Below are positions 18,012 through 28,107 of a DNA stretch of 64,000 nt, one piece after another. The stretch's first letter is position 1. Every line of letters starts with the position of its first letter. The notes below the pieces were generated by a model. The model was not told the DNA's origin, did not search any database, and saw only the letters and a program-made list of their open reading frames with translations. Location of the stretch: IMG/VR virus record IMGVR_UViG_3300044213_000175; one strand, written 5' to 3'. Source of the stretch: an uncultured virus (IMG/VR IMGVR_UViG_3300044213_000175) (taxonomy: Duplodnaviria; Heunggongvirae; Uroviricota; Caudoviricetes). The translations under genes and the position numbers were made by a program.

Positions 18012-18419
18012 ATGGCTATGGAGAACCCGTTCGATCAAAAAATCGGATATAAATTCACTAATAAAATTAAATCAATTAAACCGTTGTATAATCATGTGTT
18101 GGCCACAGATATGAATTTCGGCCAACGTACATTAAGTAGTGGTATTATTTTAATGGGCGACGATGGGAAAACTGATGGCATTCGCCCTCGCTGGTGTCAA
18201 GTTTATGCAGTAGGACCGACACAAACCGATGTTACACCTGGACAATGGATCTTAGTAGAACACGGACGATGGAGTCGAGGTATAGAAGTCGAACTAGAAA
18301 ATGAAACATTTACTGTTCGCAGAATCGACCCCAATAGCATAATGATGGTATCCGACGAAGAACCTAATACCGACGATAACATCAGTACCGCAGTTCACGC
18401 AGACAGAAAAGATCGATAA
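18012..18419 (+). CDS. GroES/gp31-like co-chaperonin
   Basis: IKPLYNHVL, TLSSGIIL and VYAVGP. Confidence 0.8.
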   Translation: MAMENPFDQKIGYKFTNKIKSIKPLYNHVLATDMNFGQRTLSSGIILMGDDGKTDGIRPRWCQVYAVGPTQTDVTPGQWILVEHGRWSRGIEVELENETFTVRRIDPNSIMMVSDEEPNTDDNISTAVHADRKDR

Positions 18420-18429
18420 GGAGTAAAAT

Positions 18430-18591
18430 ATGATAGATTGGTTTAAACGAAACGGCTACGAAATTTCCTGGTTTTGTATCGGTTGGTTGGCATTCGCTTT
18501 CCTGAACGAGCTAGGAAAAGGTAACTATGTATATGCAGTAATCGATGCTGTACTACTCATGGTAAATTACCAATTAGTACGTAGATCGTAA
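18430..18591 (+). CDS. small membrane protein, not in ORF track
   Basis: Manual translation, 53 aa; AGGAG upstream. Confidence 0.6.
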   Translation: MIDWFKRNGYEISWFCIGWLAFAFLNELGKGNYVYAVIDAVLLMVNYQLVRRS

Positions 18592-18626
18592 TCTAGATTA
18601 TTTTTAGAATATCACAGGAGATAAAA

Positions 18627-18797
18627 TTGAGCAATAAAACTTGGACGGTCACGGTAGAAGAAAATCCAGACGATCCCGAAGAATGTATTTTGCCTTTTCC
18701 CGAAGATATGCTGGCCGCAGTGGGGTGGAAAGAAGGCGATACCATTGAATGGAAAGAACTAGCAAACGGATCTTGGATATTATCTAAGAAGGAATAA
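18627..18797 (+). CDS. AbrB/MazE-like small protein, not in ORF track
   Basis: TTG start after AGGAG; ILPFPEDMLAAVGWKEGDTIEW. Confidence 0.7.
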   Translation: MSNKTWTVTVEENPDDPEECILPFPEDMLAAVGWKEGDTIEWKELANGSWILSKKE

Positions 18798-18798
18798 A

Positions 18799-19209
18799 AT
18801 GAAACAAGAACTCGACGAATACCTGTGCAAGGTATACCCAAAAATATTTGCAGAAAGAAATCTGCCTATGATAGAAACCTGTATGTGTTGGGGTTTTGAT
18901 TGTGGTGATGGTTGGTTTCAAATTATCAACCAACTATGTAACAATATTCAACATCGTTTGGATTGGGTAAATCGTGATAGTGTAGTTGTAGCACAGGTTG
19001 TCGTCGAACAAGTAAAAGAAAAGTTTGGCACATTGCGATTCTATTACCGTGGCGGCGATGACTATATCCGTGGTTTAGTTGATATGGCAGAATCAATGAG
19101 CGGCATAACCTGCGAGGAATGTGGTCGACCCGGAGAAACACGACATGGCGGGTGGATCAGAGTATTGTGTGATGAGCACGAAGAACAGTATAAAAAATCC
19201 AGAACATAA
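18799..19209 (+). CDS. phage hypothetical protein (QVKEKFGTLRFY; CxxC)
   Basis: ORF with AAGGA upstream. Confidence 0.75.
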   Translation: MKQELDEYLCKVYPKIFAERNLPMIETCMCWGFDCGDGWFQIINQLCNNIQHRLDWVNRDSVVVAQVVVEQVKEKFGTLRFYYRGGDDYIRGLVDMAESMSGITCEECGRPGETRHGGWIRVLCDEHEEQYKKSRT

Positions 19210-19223
19210 TAAAGAATAAGAAA

Positions 19224-19703
19224 ATGATTTTCAATAAAATTAAACAATTAAAAGATGACGGTAAAAAGATTGGTATTACATTTAGTACCTTTGATTTACT
19301 ACATGCAGGACATATCGCAATGTTAGCTGAAGCTAAGAATCATTGTGATTATTTGATTTGCGGACTTCAAACTGATCCAACAATTGATAGACCTGACACA
19401 AAGAATAAACCTGTACAAAGTATAGTAGAACGTCAAATACAATTAAGTGCTTGCCGTTTTGTAGATGAAATTGTAGTTTATGAAACTGAACAAGACTTGA
19501 TTGACTTGATATTGGTATTACCAATTGATGTTCGTATATTAGGTGTTGAGTACGAAGATACCAACTTTACTGGTCGCAACGAGAGCGCCGGCCGAATTCA
19601 AAATATCTTTAATAGACGAGACCATAGCTTCAGTAGTTCCAGTTTGCGTAAGCGTGTAGCTGCGGCAGAAAAACATAAAGTTACCGGAGCAAAAAATGAG
19701 TGA
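19224..19703 (+). CDS. cytidylyltransferase (TagD-like)
   Basis: FDLLHAGH, FVDEI and FSSSSLR. Confidence 0.88.
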   Translation: MIFNKIKQLKDDGKKIGITFSTFDLLHAGHIAMLAEAKNHCDYLICGLQTDPTIDRPDTKNKPVQSIVERQIQLSACRFVDEIVVYETEQDLIDLILVLPIDVRILGVEYEDTNFTGRNESAGRIQNIFNRRDHSFSSSSLRKRVAAAEKHKVTGAKNE

Positions 19704-19989
19704 TGGTGGCAAAGGCAGTAGCCCCAGACCTTTTAGTGTATCACAACAACAATTCGCTGATAGTTGGGAAAGAATCTTTGGTAAACAGAAAAAAACAGTT
19801 GAAAAACCCGACTGTTACTGTTATAATTGTCTAAAGGATTATGTGGAACCCGGACAAGCATTACCGTATGTAGTATCATATATGATTGTTTGCCCCGACT
19901 GCGGTAACAAACGGTGTCCGCACGCCACAGATCATAGCCAGGCTTGTACAAATAGCAACGAACCAAGTCAACCAGGTAGTAGATATTAA
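19696..19989 (+). CDS. Cys-rich hypothetical protein
   Basis: CYCYNC...CPDCGNKRCPHA; GGAG upstream. Confidence 0.65.
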   Translation: MSDGGKGSSPRPFSVSQQQFADSWERIFGKQKKTVEKPDCYCYNCLKDYVEPGQALPYVVSYMIVCPDCGNKRCPHATDHSQACTNSNEPSQPGSRY

Positions 19990-20004
19990 ATGGAGAAGAA
20001 ATAA

Positions 20005-20928
20005 ATGCGTGAATTATGGACTGAAAAATATCGCCCCGACACTGTCGACGGATATGTGTTCACTGATGTCAGTGTAAAAGAACAAGTGGAGGGGTGGATC
20101 AAGGAGGGTGCTTGTCCACATCTCTTGTTACACGGTCCAGCGGGCACCGGTAAAACAACATTAGCTAAAATTTTAGTTAATCAACTAGGAATTGATGAGT
20201 ATGACTTCTTACAAGTTAACGCCAGTCGAGATAACGGTGTGGATTTTCTTAAAACAAAAATCGAGGGTTTTGTTAGTACATTGCCATTCGGGCATATTAA
20301 AATTGTGCTATTGGATGAGGCAGATTATTTGTCGCCTAACGCACAAGGCCTGCTAAGAGGATTAATGGAAACATATCAAGCACAAGCAAGATTTATTCTT
20401 ACTTGTAACTTGGTACACAAAATTATTACTCCAATAAAAAGTCGTTGTGTCGATTTACAGATCAATAAAACAGATGTCACAGAATTTACTGCCAGAGTAG
20501 CAACGGTACTGGTTACTGAAAATGTGGAATTTGATCTAGACACATTAGACAGCTATGTAAAAGCAACTTATCCCGACCTACGTAACTGTTTAAAATTAGT
20601 ACAACAATATAGCAATACAGGAAAATTAGTAAGTCCCAAAGAAGAACAATCAGGTACTGCTGATTATAGACTTACAATGGTTGATCTCTTTAAACAACGA
20701 AAAATTCGAGAAGCACGTAAATTGCTGTGCGAACAAGCTCGTCCCGAAGAAATGGAAGAAATCTTCCGGTGGATGTATGACAATTTAGATTTGTGGAGCA
20801 AAACTGATGAAGGTAAAGATGAAGCCATTATGATTATTCGTAAAGGTATTGTATGGCACAGTCAAAGTGGTGACCCAGAAATCAACTTGTCTGCTACTAT
20901 CACTGAGTTGGCGGGCATTTCGCAATGA
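20005..20928 (+). CDS. clamp loader AAA+ subunit (RFC-small/gp44-like)
   Basis: WTEKYRP, GPAGTGKT, DEAD and SRC motifs. Confidence 0.93.
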   Translation: MRELWTEKYRPDTVDGYVFTDVSVKEQVEGWIKEGACPHLLLHGPAGTGKTTLAKILVNQLGIDEYDFLQVNASRDNGVDFLKTKIEGFVSTLPFGHIKIVLLDEADYLSPNAQGLLRGLMETYQAQARFILTCNLVHKIITPIKSRCVDLQINKTDVTEFTARVATVLVTENVEFDLDTLDSYVKATYPDLRNCLKLVQQYSNTGKLVSPKEEQSGTADYRLTMVDLFKQRKIREARKLLCEQARPEEMEEIFRWMYDNLDLWSKTDEGKDEAIMIIRKGIVWHSQSGDPEINLSATITELAGISQ

Positions 20929-21278
20929 GTAATAAAGGCATATTTCTTTTGGCATTTTACAGTGCAAAGCCCAAAGATCCAGCTAAGACAAAAGTTGCAG
21001 GGTATATGACCGATCCTGCAAATTTTGACTATGATGAATCTATAAATATTACGCGGGGGATTAAAACTCGAGATCACCAAAATGCACAAGTAATACTAAA
21101 TCTTAGTACCCAAACCGTGATAAAAAACACGTTTAATAGTAATAAAGATTTTGCTACATTACTCGGGCATTATCAAGAAGGGTATCCAAATTATATAAAT
21201 CCCTTGTTAGCTAAATTGTATAAGGATATATTAGATGATTCCGGGAATGTTCACAGCCAAGAAAAAGAAAGTAGTTGA
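20925..21278 (+). CDS. hypothetical protein
   Basis: ATGA-coupled ORF. Confidence 0.7.
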   Translation: MSNKGIFLLAFYSAKPKDPAKTKVAGYMTDPANFDYDESINITRGIKTRDHQNAQVILNLSTQTVIKNTFNSNKDFATLLGHYQEGYPNYINPLLAKLYKDILDDSGNVHSQEKESS

Positions 21279-21471
21279 TCCAAATGCACCACCTCGCCCC
21301 ACATTATTGGGTCACGAGAAGGAGATGAAAGGGTGGAGAGAATCCTTTCATAAACAAGCACAACTAAACACCGAACAAGCAATAGAGATTGCCGCATTAC
21401 GAAGAAAAGTTAATCGGTTAGAAAGTCAAATTGAAGCAGTAATCGGTATTGTAAATAAAATTAAGAAATGA
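21235..21471 (+). CDS. hypothetical coiled-coil protein
   Basis: ORF in operon. Confidence 0.65.
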   Translation: MIPGMFTAKKKKVVDPNAPPRPTLLGHEKEMKGWRESFHKQAQLNTEQAIEIAALRRKVNRLESQIEAVIGIVNKIKK

Positions 21472-22058
21472 AAAACAAAATTATTTTAGTTGATGCCGAC
21501 GGCGTTTTGCTAGATTGGGAATATGCCTTTGGTATTTGGATGGAACAACACGGGTTCAACAAAGTCGATGGATGGCCGTTTATATACCGAATCGGCGATC
21601 GATATGGTATACCGGTTGAGCAAGGAGATAAACTTGTAAAAATATTTAACGAAAGTGCAGCCATTGGGTTTTTACCTGCGCTTCGTGATAGTATGTATTA
21701 TGTTAAACGATTGCACGAAGAACACGGTTATGTATTCCACTGCATCACCAGTCTCAGCACCGATATCAATGCGAATCGACTCAGAGAGATGAATCTAAAT
21801 AAATTATTCGGTAAAACTGCATTTGAAAAAGTAGTTTGTTTAAGTACAGGGGCAGATAAAGATGATGCATTGATGCCATATAAAGATACTGGTTGTTGGT
21901 GGATCGAAGATAAGCCCGAAAATGCAGAAACAGGCCAACGACTTGGGTTAAATGCATTGATTGTAGAGCACGGTCATAATATGAATGCTGCAACAGATAT
22001 ACCTAAAGTTAAAAACTGGCGTGAAATTTACGAGATTATAACCGGAGCCAGCCACTAA
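21468..22058 (+). CDS. HAD-superfamily nucleotidase-like protein
   Basis: ILVDADGVL and WIEDKPEN. Confidence 0.85.
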   Translation: MKNKIILVDADGVLLDWEYAFGIWMEQHGFNKVDGWPFIYRIGDRYGIPVEQGDKLVKIFNESAAIGFLPALRDSMYYVKRLHEEHGYVFHCITSLSTDINANRLREMNLNKLFGKTAFEKVVCLSTGADKDDALMPYKDTGCWWIEDKPENAETGQRLGLNALIVEHGHNMNAATDIPKVKNWREIYEIITGASH

Positions 22059-23083
22059 TTCTTACCACATTGCTCATCGCATTTAAATAATCTGCCGTTG
22101 GCATAAGAAGTTTTACTCCAGCTTTCTTCGACAGAGTTAAACCAGTTAATTGCTGCTTCGATGCCTACTGCTATGGCATTATTATTCAAAACCATATCTT
22201 TAATAAAAATGTTATCTCGTTGCCACGGATGTTGATATTCTAATTTAGGATAGAATCCTAACCAACAACAGGGATATACTTCTCCATTCGCAGCGATATA
22301 TATTTCTTTTTTCTGTTTTGTTTGGCAGTTAACTATTTGTTTTATGGGAATAGATTTATATTCAGATAATCTATTGACGGGCTTAAACTGAATCGCTGTC
22401 CATTCTTTCCAAATGTCCACCGTTTTGGGATATTCTACATTTATAAAATGTGGATCGTGTCCCAATTTGTGTGTAAAATTTCCATTGCGATCGTATACTG
22501 GGCCCGAATCTCGACCGGCATCTATTAGATCGAATTGAAAAAACCCCAACTCTCTACTTAAGCGACGACATTCATCAATTTGATGAATATTATGATCAAA
22601 TTTAATCATTTTCCATACCGCACGGCCACCCGAGGAAATAAAAAGTTTAGCATTGTTAATTATTCGTTGCCAGCTGGTATTTTTTCGATATAATGTATGC
22701 GTATTTTCTAATCCGTCAAGTGCAAAATTCACTTTTATCGCCAATTGACCCAACCGTTGCCATAGGGTAGAATTTCCACCAGACCCATTTGTGTTAATGA
22801 CAATTTTTAATTTGGGATTACACAAAAGAAAATACTCTACAATAGCCAAATTATCTTTTGCTGTAACAAAATCCCCAAAGTTACCATTGATTAATATATT
22901 TTTTAATTGTCGTAAAAACGGGGGTGTGAATATACGTTTGGCTTCGACTAGTGTCATGTCTCGAACTTCAAAGCCAAGATCTTCATCGTACCCAGAAGTA
23001 TTTCTGGGGCATTTGGGGCAAGATGCATTACATCGCGTACTTATTTCTAAATGTACGTTTTTAATTTGATTGTAGTCAATCAT
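22055..23083 (-). CDS. radical SAM protein with C-terminal twitch/SPASM-like domain
   Basis: CNASCPKC; IAANGEVYPCC. Confidence 0.88.
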   Translation of the reverse strand: MIDYNQIKNVHLEISTRCNASCPKCPRNTSGYDEDLGFEVRDMTLVEAKRIFTPPFLRQLKNILINGNFGDFVTAKDNLAIVEYFLLCNPKLKIVINTNGSGGNSTLWQRLGQLAIKVNFALDGLENTHTLYRKNTSWQRIINNAKLFISSGGRAVWKMIKFDHNIHQIDECRRLSRELGFFQFDLIDAGRDSGPVYDRNGNFTHKLGHDPHFINVEYPKTVDIWKEWTAIQFKPVNRLSEYKSIPIKQIVNCQTKQKKEIYIAANGEVYPCCWLGFYPKLEYQHPWQRDNIFIKDMVLNNNAIAVGIEAAINWFNSVEESWSKTSYANGRLFKCDEQCGKN

Positions 23084-23088
23084 AATAT

Positions 23089-23096
23089 TATTTATA
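23089..23096 (-). promoter_or_regulatory. T4-type late promoter motif
   Basis: Exact TATAAATA on the minus strand, 5 nt upstream of the ATG. Confidence 0.65.
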
Positions 23097-23120
23097 ATCG
23101 ACTACACTGTTCAAATAAAA

Positions 23121-23864
23121 TTAAACTTCTCGATATACTTTTAACACCTCGAGAACAGCAGGATGTCTTTGAATGTCTCTTCCGGTGAGTTCCACTCCTG
23201 CAATATATTGACTTCGTTGATACCCTTCTACTAGAGCTTTAAAATCTAGTAGACCATTGTCAGGGTCAGATCGATCGGCTTGTTTAGTGTCACCTGTGAC
23301 TACCATTTTACTATTTTCACCTAAACGAGTTAACAGCATTTTCATCTGATTTGGTGTTGCGTTTTGCATTTCGTCTGCAATTATCCACGCATTTTTAAAT
23401 GTCCGTCCTCGCATGAATGCCAGTGGAGATATCTCTATTATTTGTTCGTCTAGCATTCGGGCTATTTCTTTTTTATCGTAGTATTCACTTAATACATCAA
23501 ACAAGGGTCTGGTCCAAGGTTCCATTTTTTGATTTAAATCGCCTGGTAAAAATCCGTGTTTCTCGTCGTCAACTCCTACAGCAGGTCTAGTTAAAATAAT
23601 TTTTCTGACAGACCCATCTTTAAGAGCTTTAATACCCGCTAACATAGCCAACATTGTTTTACCTGTACCCGCTGGGCCTGTGGCAAAAATGATCAACTTA
23701 CTGGGATCTGTTAGTAAATTAATGTATGTTTCTTGATTTAGAGTTTTGGGTAATAATTGAACTTGACGTTTACGAATATTATTATAGTATGTGTTGATAC
23801 TTAATTCGTTTTGCTGATCTACCTGTTCGGGTTGGTAGGAAACCCTATTTTTACGCTTCGACAA
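23121..23864 (-). CDS. phoH: PhoH-like ATPase
   Basis: GPAGTGKT, RGRTF, ADEMQN and TGDTKQAD. Confidence 0.93.
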   Translation of the reverse strand: MSKRKNRVSYQPEQVDQQNELSINTYYNNIRKRQVQLLPKTLNQETYINLLTDPSKLIIFATGPAGTGKTMLAMLAGIKALKDGSVRKIILTRPAVGVDDEKHGFLPGDLNQKMEPWTRPLFDVLSEYYDKKEIARMLDEQIIEISPLAFMRGRTFKNAWIIADEMQNATPNQMKMLLTRLGENSKMVVTGDTKQADRSDPDNGLLDFKALVEGYQRSQYIAGVELTGRDIQRHPAVLEVLKVYREV

Positions 23865-24062
23865 TGTGTCCTCCGGTTATGGTTAATATGGACGAAGATC
23901 GCGGACTTTACTCCGTCCACAAATTATTTAATTTGACTAGTTTTTTAGAAAAATGCCTTATAATTGCGATTTCTAAGGCATAAGTATTAAGCTAACTTGG
24001 AAATATCAGTATACTGCTTTCGTAATAACATAAGTTAATGTGTTAATTTAATAAATAATAAT

Positions 24063-24614
24063 ATGGCCGCTAACATTAAAAATATAATTAACAATACCAA
24101 AGATATCTACATGACCGATAGTAGTTTAGAAACATTATTAGACTATGAGCGAGTATTAGATAATATGGATCTTTATGCATATGCTAACTGGAAAAAAGGT
24201 GAGTTAGTAGAGGGGCCTGTATACGAAAAATATTTTGTAACCTGCACTTGGATGTATGATTACAAGAATATGCCAGACCCTGCAGGTGGGGAACGCCTGT
24301 TAAGTTACGGTTGCGAGATTACTTACAAAAAAGACATCTTAGAATATCCTATCACCGTTAAAAGTTATGACGATTTTAAACCTGGCACAAAAGTACCTAA
24401 ATTAGTTAGCAAACCAATTTGGCTAGTGACACTAACTGTACCTAAAAAATTGATGTCAGACATTCAAATGGGCAGTATCGAATTAGAGAATGATACCTTG
24501 GATCTTGAAGATGTTAACCAATCTTCAGAAGAGGATAGTGATAACGATGTATTCCAACAAGATCAAGGGCAAGATCAAACTCAGGAACTCGGAAATGAAC
24601 AACCAACAATTTAA
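24063..24614 (+). CDS. phage hypothetical protein with acidic tail
   Basis: ORF preceded by TAAATA. Confidence 0.75.
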   Translation: MAANIKNIINNTKDIYMTDSSLETLLDYERVLDNMDLYAYANWKKGELVEGPVYEKYFVTCTWMYDYKNMPDPAGGERLLSYGCEITYKKDILEYPITVKSYDDFKPGTKVPKLVSKPIWLVTLTVPKKLMSDIQMGSIELENDTLDLEDVNQSSEEDSDNDVFQQDQGQDQTQELGNEQPTI

Positions 24615-25152
24615 ATTAGTCGAAGGTCTTGAAATGGGAGACTTAAAGCGTCTAGTGAATCCTGATTTACATATTGACGAATTTGTCAGTAAAATGGGTG
24701 CAGACAAAGATGTTATTGTAGTGAGCTTTAAAGTTGATGGTAAAGAACCGGCGAAAAATTTAATGAAATTTTTCGAAAGCGGATATGACTGGCTATTAGA
24801 TGCGGATACTAGTTCGGGTGAGATGGATGACGGTAGTTACCTAGTTTTTATAGAATTAGAGCGCAGCCCCGAATCGGTCGACGATATTATTACCTTAGTC
24901 GATGCAATATTGAATTTAACCGGTCAAGATATAACAGAATGGAAATTCCAATATCGTAAAAATAGTAAAAAATACGATATTACCGCAGAAAACTTGTCAT
25001 CAGTGATTCCACTAACTCCGGCGGAGTACAGTAGAAAATACAAGACCGATGACATTACAGCAATGCAAGAAACTGCAAGAATTAAAATTAATAAAAAAGC
25101 CCCAGTCAACGAATGGACTGAACAATTAAGAATTGCTGCCGGCATAAAGTAA
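24595..25152 (+). CDS. phage hypothetical protein
   Basis: ORF; start placed at MNNQQF. Confidence 0.7.
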   Translation: MNNQQFKLVEGLEMGDLKRLVNPDLHIDEFVSKMGADKDVIVVSFKVDGKEPAKNLMKFFESGYDWLLDADTSSGEMDDGSYLVFIELERSPESVDDIITLVDAILNLTGQDITEWKFQYRKNSKKYDITAENLSSVIPLTPAEYSRKYKTDDITAMQETARIKINKKAPVNEWTEQLRIAAGIK

Positions 25153-25164
25153 TTAATCAAAAGC

Positions 25165-25197
25165 TAAATACTTTGAGATAATTAATTTCGAGGTATT
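25165..25197 (+). promoter_or_regulatory. TAAATA motif plus RBS-sequestering hairpin upstream of the endolysin
   Basis: AATACTTTGAGA / TTTCGAGGTATT stem covers GAGG. Confidence 0.6.
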
Positions 25198-25201
25198 AGC
25201 A

Positions 25202-25834
25202 ATGGCTGATGGATTTACATTTGATTTCACCGTAAAAAAACTAGACGCTTGTGTTCCGGGCAACCCGTACATTGACCATTGGTTTGAAGCCTTCTGTCAG
25301 ATTTTACCTGACTATGAAATAAACACCGTCCAACGATGCGCTGCATTCATAGCGCAAACTGCACACGAAAGCGGCGGATTTCACGCAATTAAAGAAAACC
25401 TAAACTATCGGGCCGAAAGTTTAATGCGAGTTTGGCCCAGATATTTCCCGGATATCACCACAGCACAACGATATGCTCATAATCAAGAAATGATTGCTAA
25501 TCGTGCCTATGCTAATCGTATGGGCAACGGTGACGAAGCTAGCGGTGATGGTTGGAAGTTTTGTGGCCGTGGATTAATTCAATTAACTGGTAAACAAAAC
25601 TATCAGTCCTATGCTGACAGCACAGGGCAAACATTGGATCAAGCTAGCGAACACTTAACAACATTCGAAGGTTGTGTACAAAGTGCTTGCTGGTACTGGG
25701 AAGCAAACAACTTAAACCAATATGCAGACTCGGGCGACATTAAAACGATGACACGTATCATCAACGGTGGGTACTTAGGTTTAGATGATCGTATTAACCA
25801 CTTTCAACACGCTTTACAGGTATTAGGTGCATAA
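25202..25834 (+). CDS. GH19 (chitinase-like) endolysin
   Basis: FIAQTAHESGG, ENLNY, GRGLIQLTG and TRIINGG. Confidence 0.92.
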   Translation: MADGFTFDFTVKKLDACVPGNPYIDHWFEAFCQILPDYEINTVQRCAAFIAQTAHESGGFHAIKENLNYRAESLMRVWPRYFPDITTAQRYAHNQEMIANRAYANRMGNGDEASGDGWKFCGRGLIQLTGKQNYQSYADSTGQTLDQASEHLTTFEGCVQSACWYWEANNLNQYADSGDIKTMTRIINGGYLGLDDRINHFQHALQVLGA

Positions 25835-26290
25835 ATGTTATCTTGGACTTTAGAATTATTATTAGAAACCATCCCTGTCTGGGCGTGGGCTATGGGCATA
25901 TGGGTTAGTTTAACTATCTATATATTATCTAGTGTATTAGCACATATTCCGGAAATCGAAACCTGGGGTAAGTTAATTAAACCCGTTTCGGGAATTACAC
26001 TACTATGGTGTGTATTCATGTATGGCGGTACTGGTGTACAAAAAATGTGGGAAGAAAAAATCAAGTTGGCCGAAGAAGAAGTCGACAAAAAAACTGCAAT
26101 GTCGCAACAACTAACTGACGATCTCGATCAAGAACGCAAAAGAAAAGCACAAATTAGAATCGAATATAAAGATCGTATCAAAACAGAGATACAGATACAT
26201 AAAGAGTTAATAGATAAAGATTGCAGAATCGATCCCACTGTACCTGAAATTTTAAATAAAGCAGCTAGTAATCCGGAGAAAGCAAAATGA
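25835..26290 (+). CDS. putative i-spanin (Rz-like)
   Basis: Transmembrane segments plus coiled coil, directly after the endolysin. Confidence 0.65.
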   Translation: MLSWTLELLLETIPVWAWAMGIWVSLTIYILSSVLAHIPEIETWGKLIKPVSGITLLWCVFMYGGTGVQKMWEEKIKLAEEEVDKKTAMSQQLTDDLDQERKRKAQIRIEYKDRIKTEIQIHKELIDKDCRIDPTVPEILNKAASNPEKAK

Positions 26291-26556
26291 AGTATATATG
26301 GTTTATTATTCCTATTTTGTTGACTGGTTGTGTGTTCGATCATTCGGTACCTATAGAACAAACTTGGCCTTCGGTGCCAAAAGAATTATTATCATCTTGT
26401 CCTGATTTAGCATTAGTAAATCCAAAAACAGATAAACTTAGTGATATTGTATCTGTGGTCAGCGATAACTATGCAACTTATTATGACTGCAAATCAAAAG
26501 TTGACGACTGGATAACCTGGTACGAAGGTCAGATGAAGATATACGATAGGAAATAA
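26287..26556 (+). CDS. putative o-spanin (Rz1-like lipoprotein)
   Basis: Lipobox LTGC; Pro-rich segment and Cys pair. Confidence 0.7.
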   Translation: MKYIWFIIPILLTGCVFDHSVPIEQTWPSVPKELLSSCPDLALVNPKTDKLSDIVSVVSDNYATYYDCKSKVDDWITWYEGQMKIYDRK

Positions 26557-26558
26557 TC

Positions 26559-26840
26559 ATGGGTCTATTAAAAAAATTAGAACAGGCGGCGGCAAAACAA
26601 CTATTACGGGTTTTCTTAGATGCTAAGAAATTCGCAGATGTTGCAATAACTGACATATCAAAAGCCGAACAAGAATTAGAAAAAGCAAAAATCAAGGCCG
26701 CAGAAGCTGTACAAAGACAGCACGAAACAGCAGTAGAAGCCGCCAATAAAGCCAGAGAAGTAGCTGATAGGTTAGCCATCGAAGCCAAAGAAGCCGAAGA
26801 ACGAACTATTCAACTTGAACAAATACTAAAGAATAAATGA
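26559..26840 (+). CDS. coiled-coil hypothetical protein
   Basis: Ala/Glu/Lys-rich ORF. Confidence 0.7.
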   Translation: MGLLKKLEQAAAKQLLRVFLDAKKFADVAITDISKAEQELEKAKIKAAEAVQRQHETAVEAANKAREVADRLAIEAKEAEERTIQLEQILKNK

Positions 26841-26844
26841 CATC

Positions 26845-27243
26845 ATGAAAAAACTAGTACTATCTGTAGTCATATTACTTTCTGGGTGTAGTACTATAGA
26901 TTTATTTCTTATGAAATATGATGTCAACGAATATACCCAAATAAATGATATACGAACTACAGCACAACGGGCTAAACAAACTTGTGATGATCAGCAAGAG
27001 TCTAAAAAACAGTCCGTCATAGTATATGACAAGATATTTACTTTTAAAAACTACGTACAATATTTGCCACGTAACGATAAAGTAATAATGGCCGCTGGCG
27101 AATTAGAAGAAATTGCACGAGAATTAAAGGACAAATTTATTAACTCCGATAAAGTCAGTTCTGCATTTTGTAAGATTAAATTCCAATCTATAGAATCTTC
27201 AGCAGAAACTATGCAAAAAACTATAGGAAATAAACCCAAATGA
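26845..27243 (+). CDS. lipoprotein
   Basis: Signal peptide with LSGC lipobox. Confidence 0.75.
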   Translation: MKKLVLSVVILLSGCSTIDLFLMKYDVNEYTQINDIRTTAQRAKQTCDDQQESKKQSVIVYDKIFTFKNYVQYLPRNDKVIMAAGELEEIARELKDKFINSDKVSSAFCKIKFQSIESSAETMQKTIGNKPK

Positions 27244-27494
27244 GTATCGAATATAATCAAAGTTTGTTAGCAAGTATTAGTAGCTCAAATCCTGATGTTA
27301 TCGCGGCCGCACAACAAGTTAATCAACTTACCGAAATGTGTAAAGCCGGACAACTATCCAAGGAAGACTATGTGCAACTAGTAGAAGATGTACAGCGTCA
27401 AATTAATATACAATCAAATATGGCGGAATTAGATGCCATGAATAATTTAAACGTGGCCATTAATGGGTTATTATCTATAGCTAAACTTTTATAA
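27240..27494 (+). CDS. hypothetical protein
   Basis: ATGA-coupled ORF. Confidence 0.7.
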   Translation: MSIEYNQSLLASISSSNPDVIAAAQQVNQLTEMCKAGQLSKEDYVQLVEDVQRQINIQSNMAELDAMNNLNVAINGLLSIAKLL

Positions 27495-27510
27495 AAATAG
27501 GAGATATAAA

Positions 27511-28095
27511 ATGCCAGGGTTAGTAGATTCAATATTAAATTTGTTAAACAAACAGGCCAAAGATTCGACACAAAAATTGCCAAAAGGTAGTCGCAGCGAA
27601 CGAGAAGCGGCCATTAAAGATAAGGCCGGACTTGTTATTAATATATTTGCATTATTATTGGCTGTAAACACTTGGTATGGCGGTAAGTTAAGTTCGACCA
27701 TTCTTAATAACACTATATCAGCAAATGATACATATGCGTTTTATCAAGCAAAAGCATTGAAAAAAACATTAGCTGAAAATGAAGCCTATGCAGCATTGCA
27801 TAGAGGAGACTTGGTTCGAACAAAGGAAATGACCCAAAAGGCAGAACAATATCAAAACGAACCGATAGAAGGAATGACGGAATTATTAATCAAGGCTAAA
27901 CAGTTAGAAGCAGACAGAGATGATGCTAAAAAAAGAAGTCCTTGGATAAGTTATGCAAATACTGCATATCAATTGGCCATTGTTATATTGTCTGCTAGTA
28001 TACTTGCAGTCAGTATGGGGTTATTTTGGAGTAGTTTTGTTGTGGCAGGCGTTGGTATAGTATTAAGTTGCCAAGGTCTATTGTTGTGGATTTAA
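27511..28095 (+). CDS. DUF4337-like membrane protein
   Basis: ANDTYAFYQAKALK and three hydrophobic segments. Confidence 0.7.
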   Translation: MPGLVDSILNLLNKQAKDSTQKLPKGSRSEREAAIKDKAGLVINIFALLLAVNTWYGGKLSSTILNNTISANDTYAFYQAKALKKTLAENEAYAALHRGDLVRTKEMTQKAEQYQNEPIEGMTELLIKAKQLEADRDDAKKRSPWISYANTAYQLAIVILSASILAVSMGLFWSSFVVAGVGIVLSCQGLLLWI

Positions 28096-28107
28096 TTGGG
28101 GTATAAA

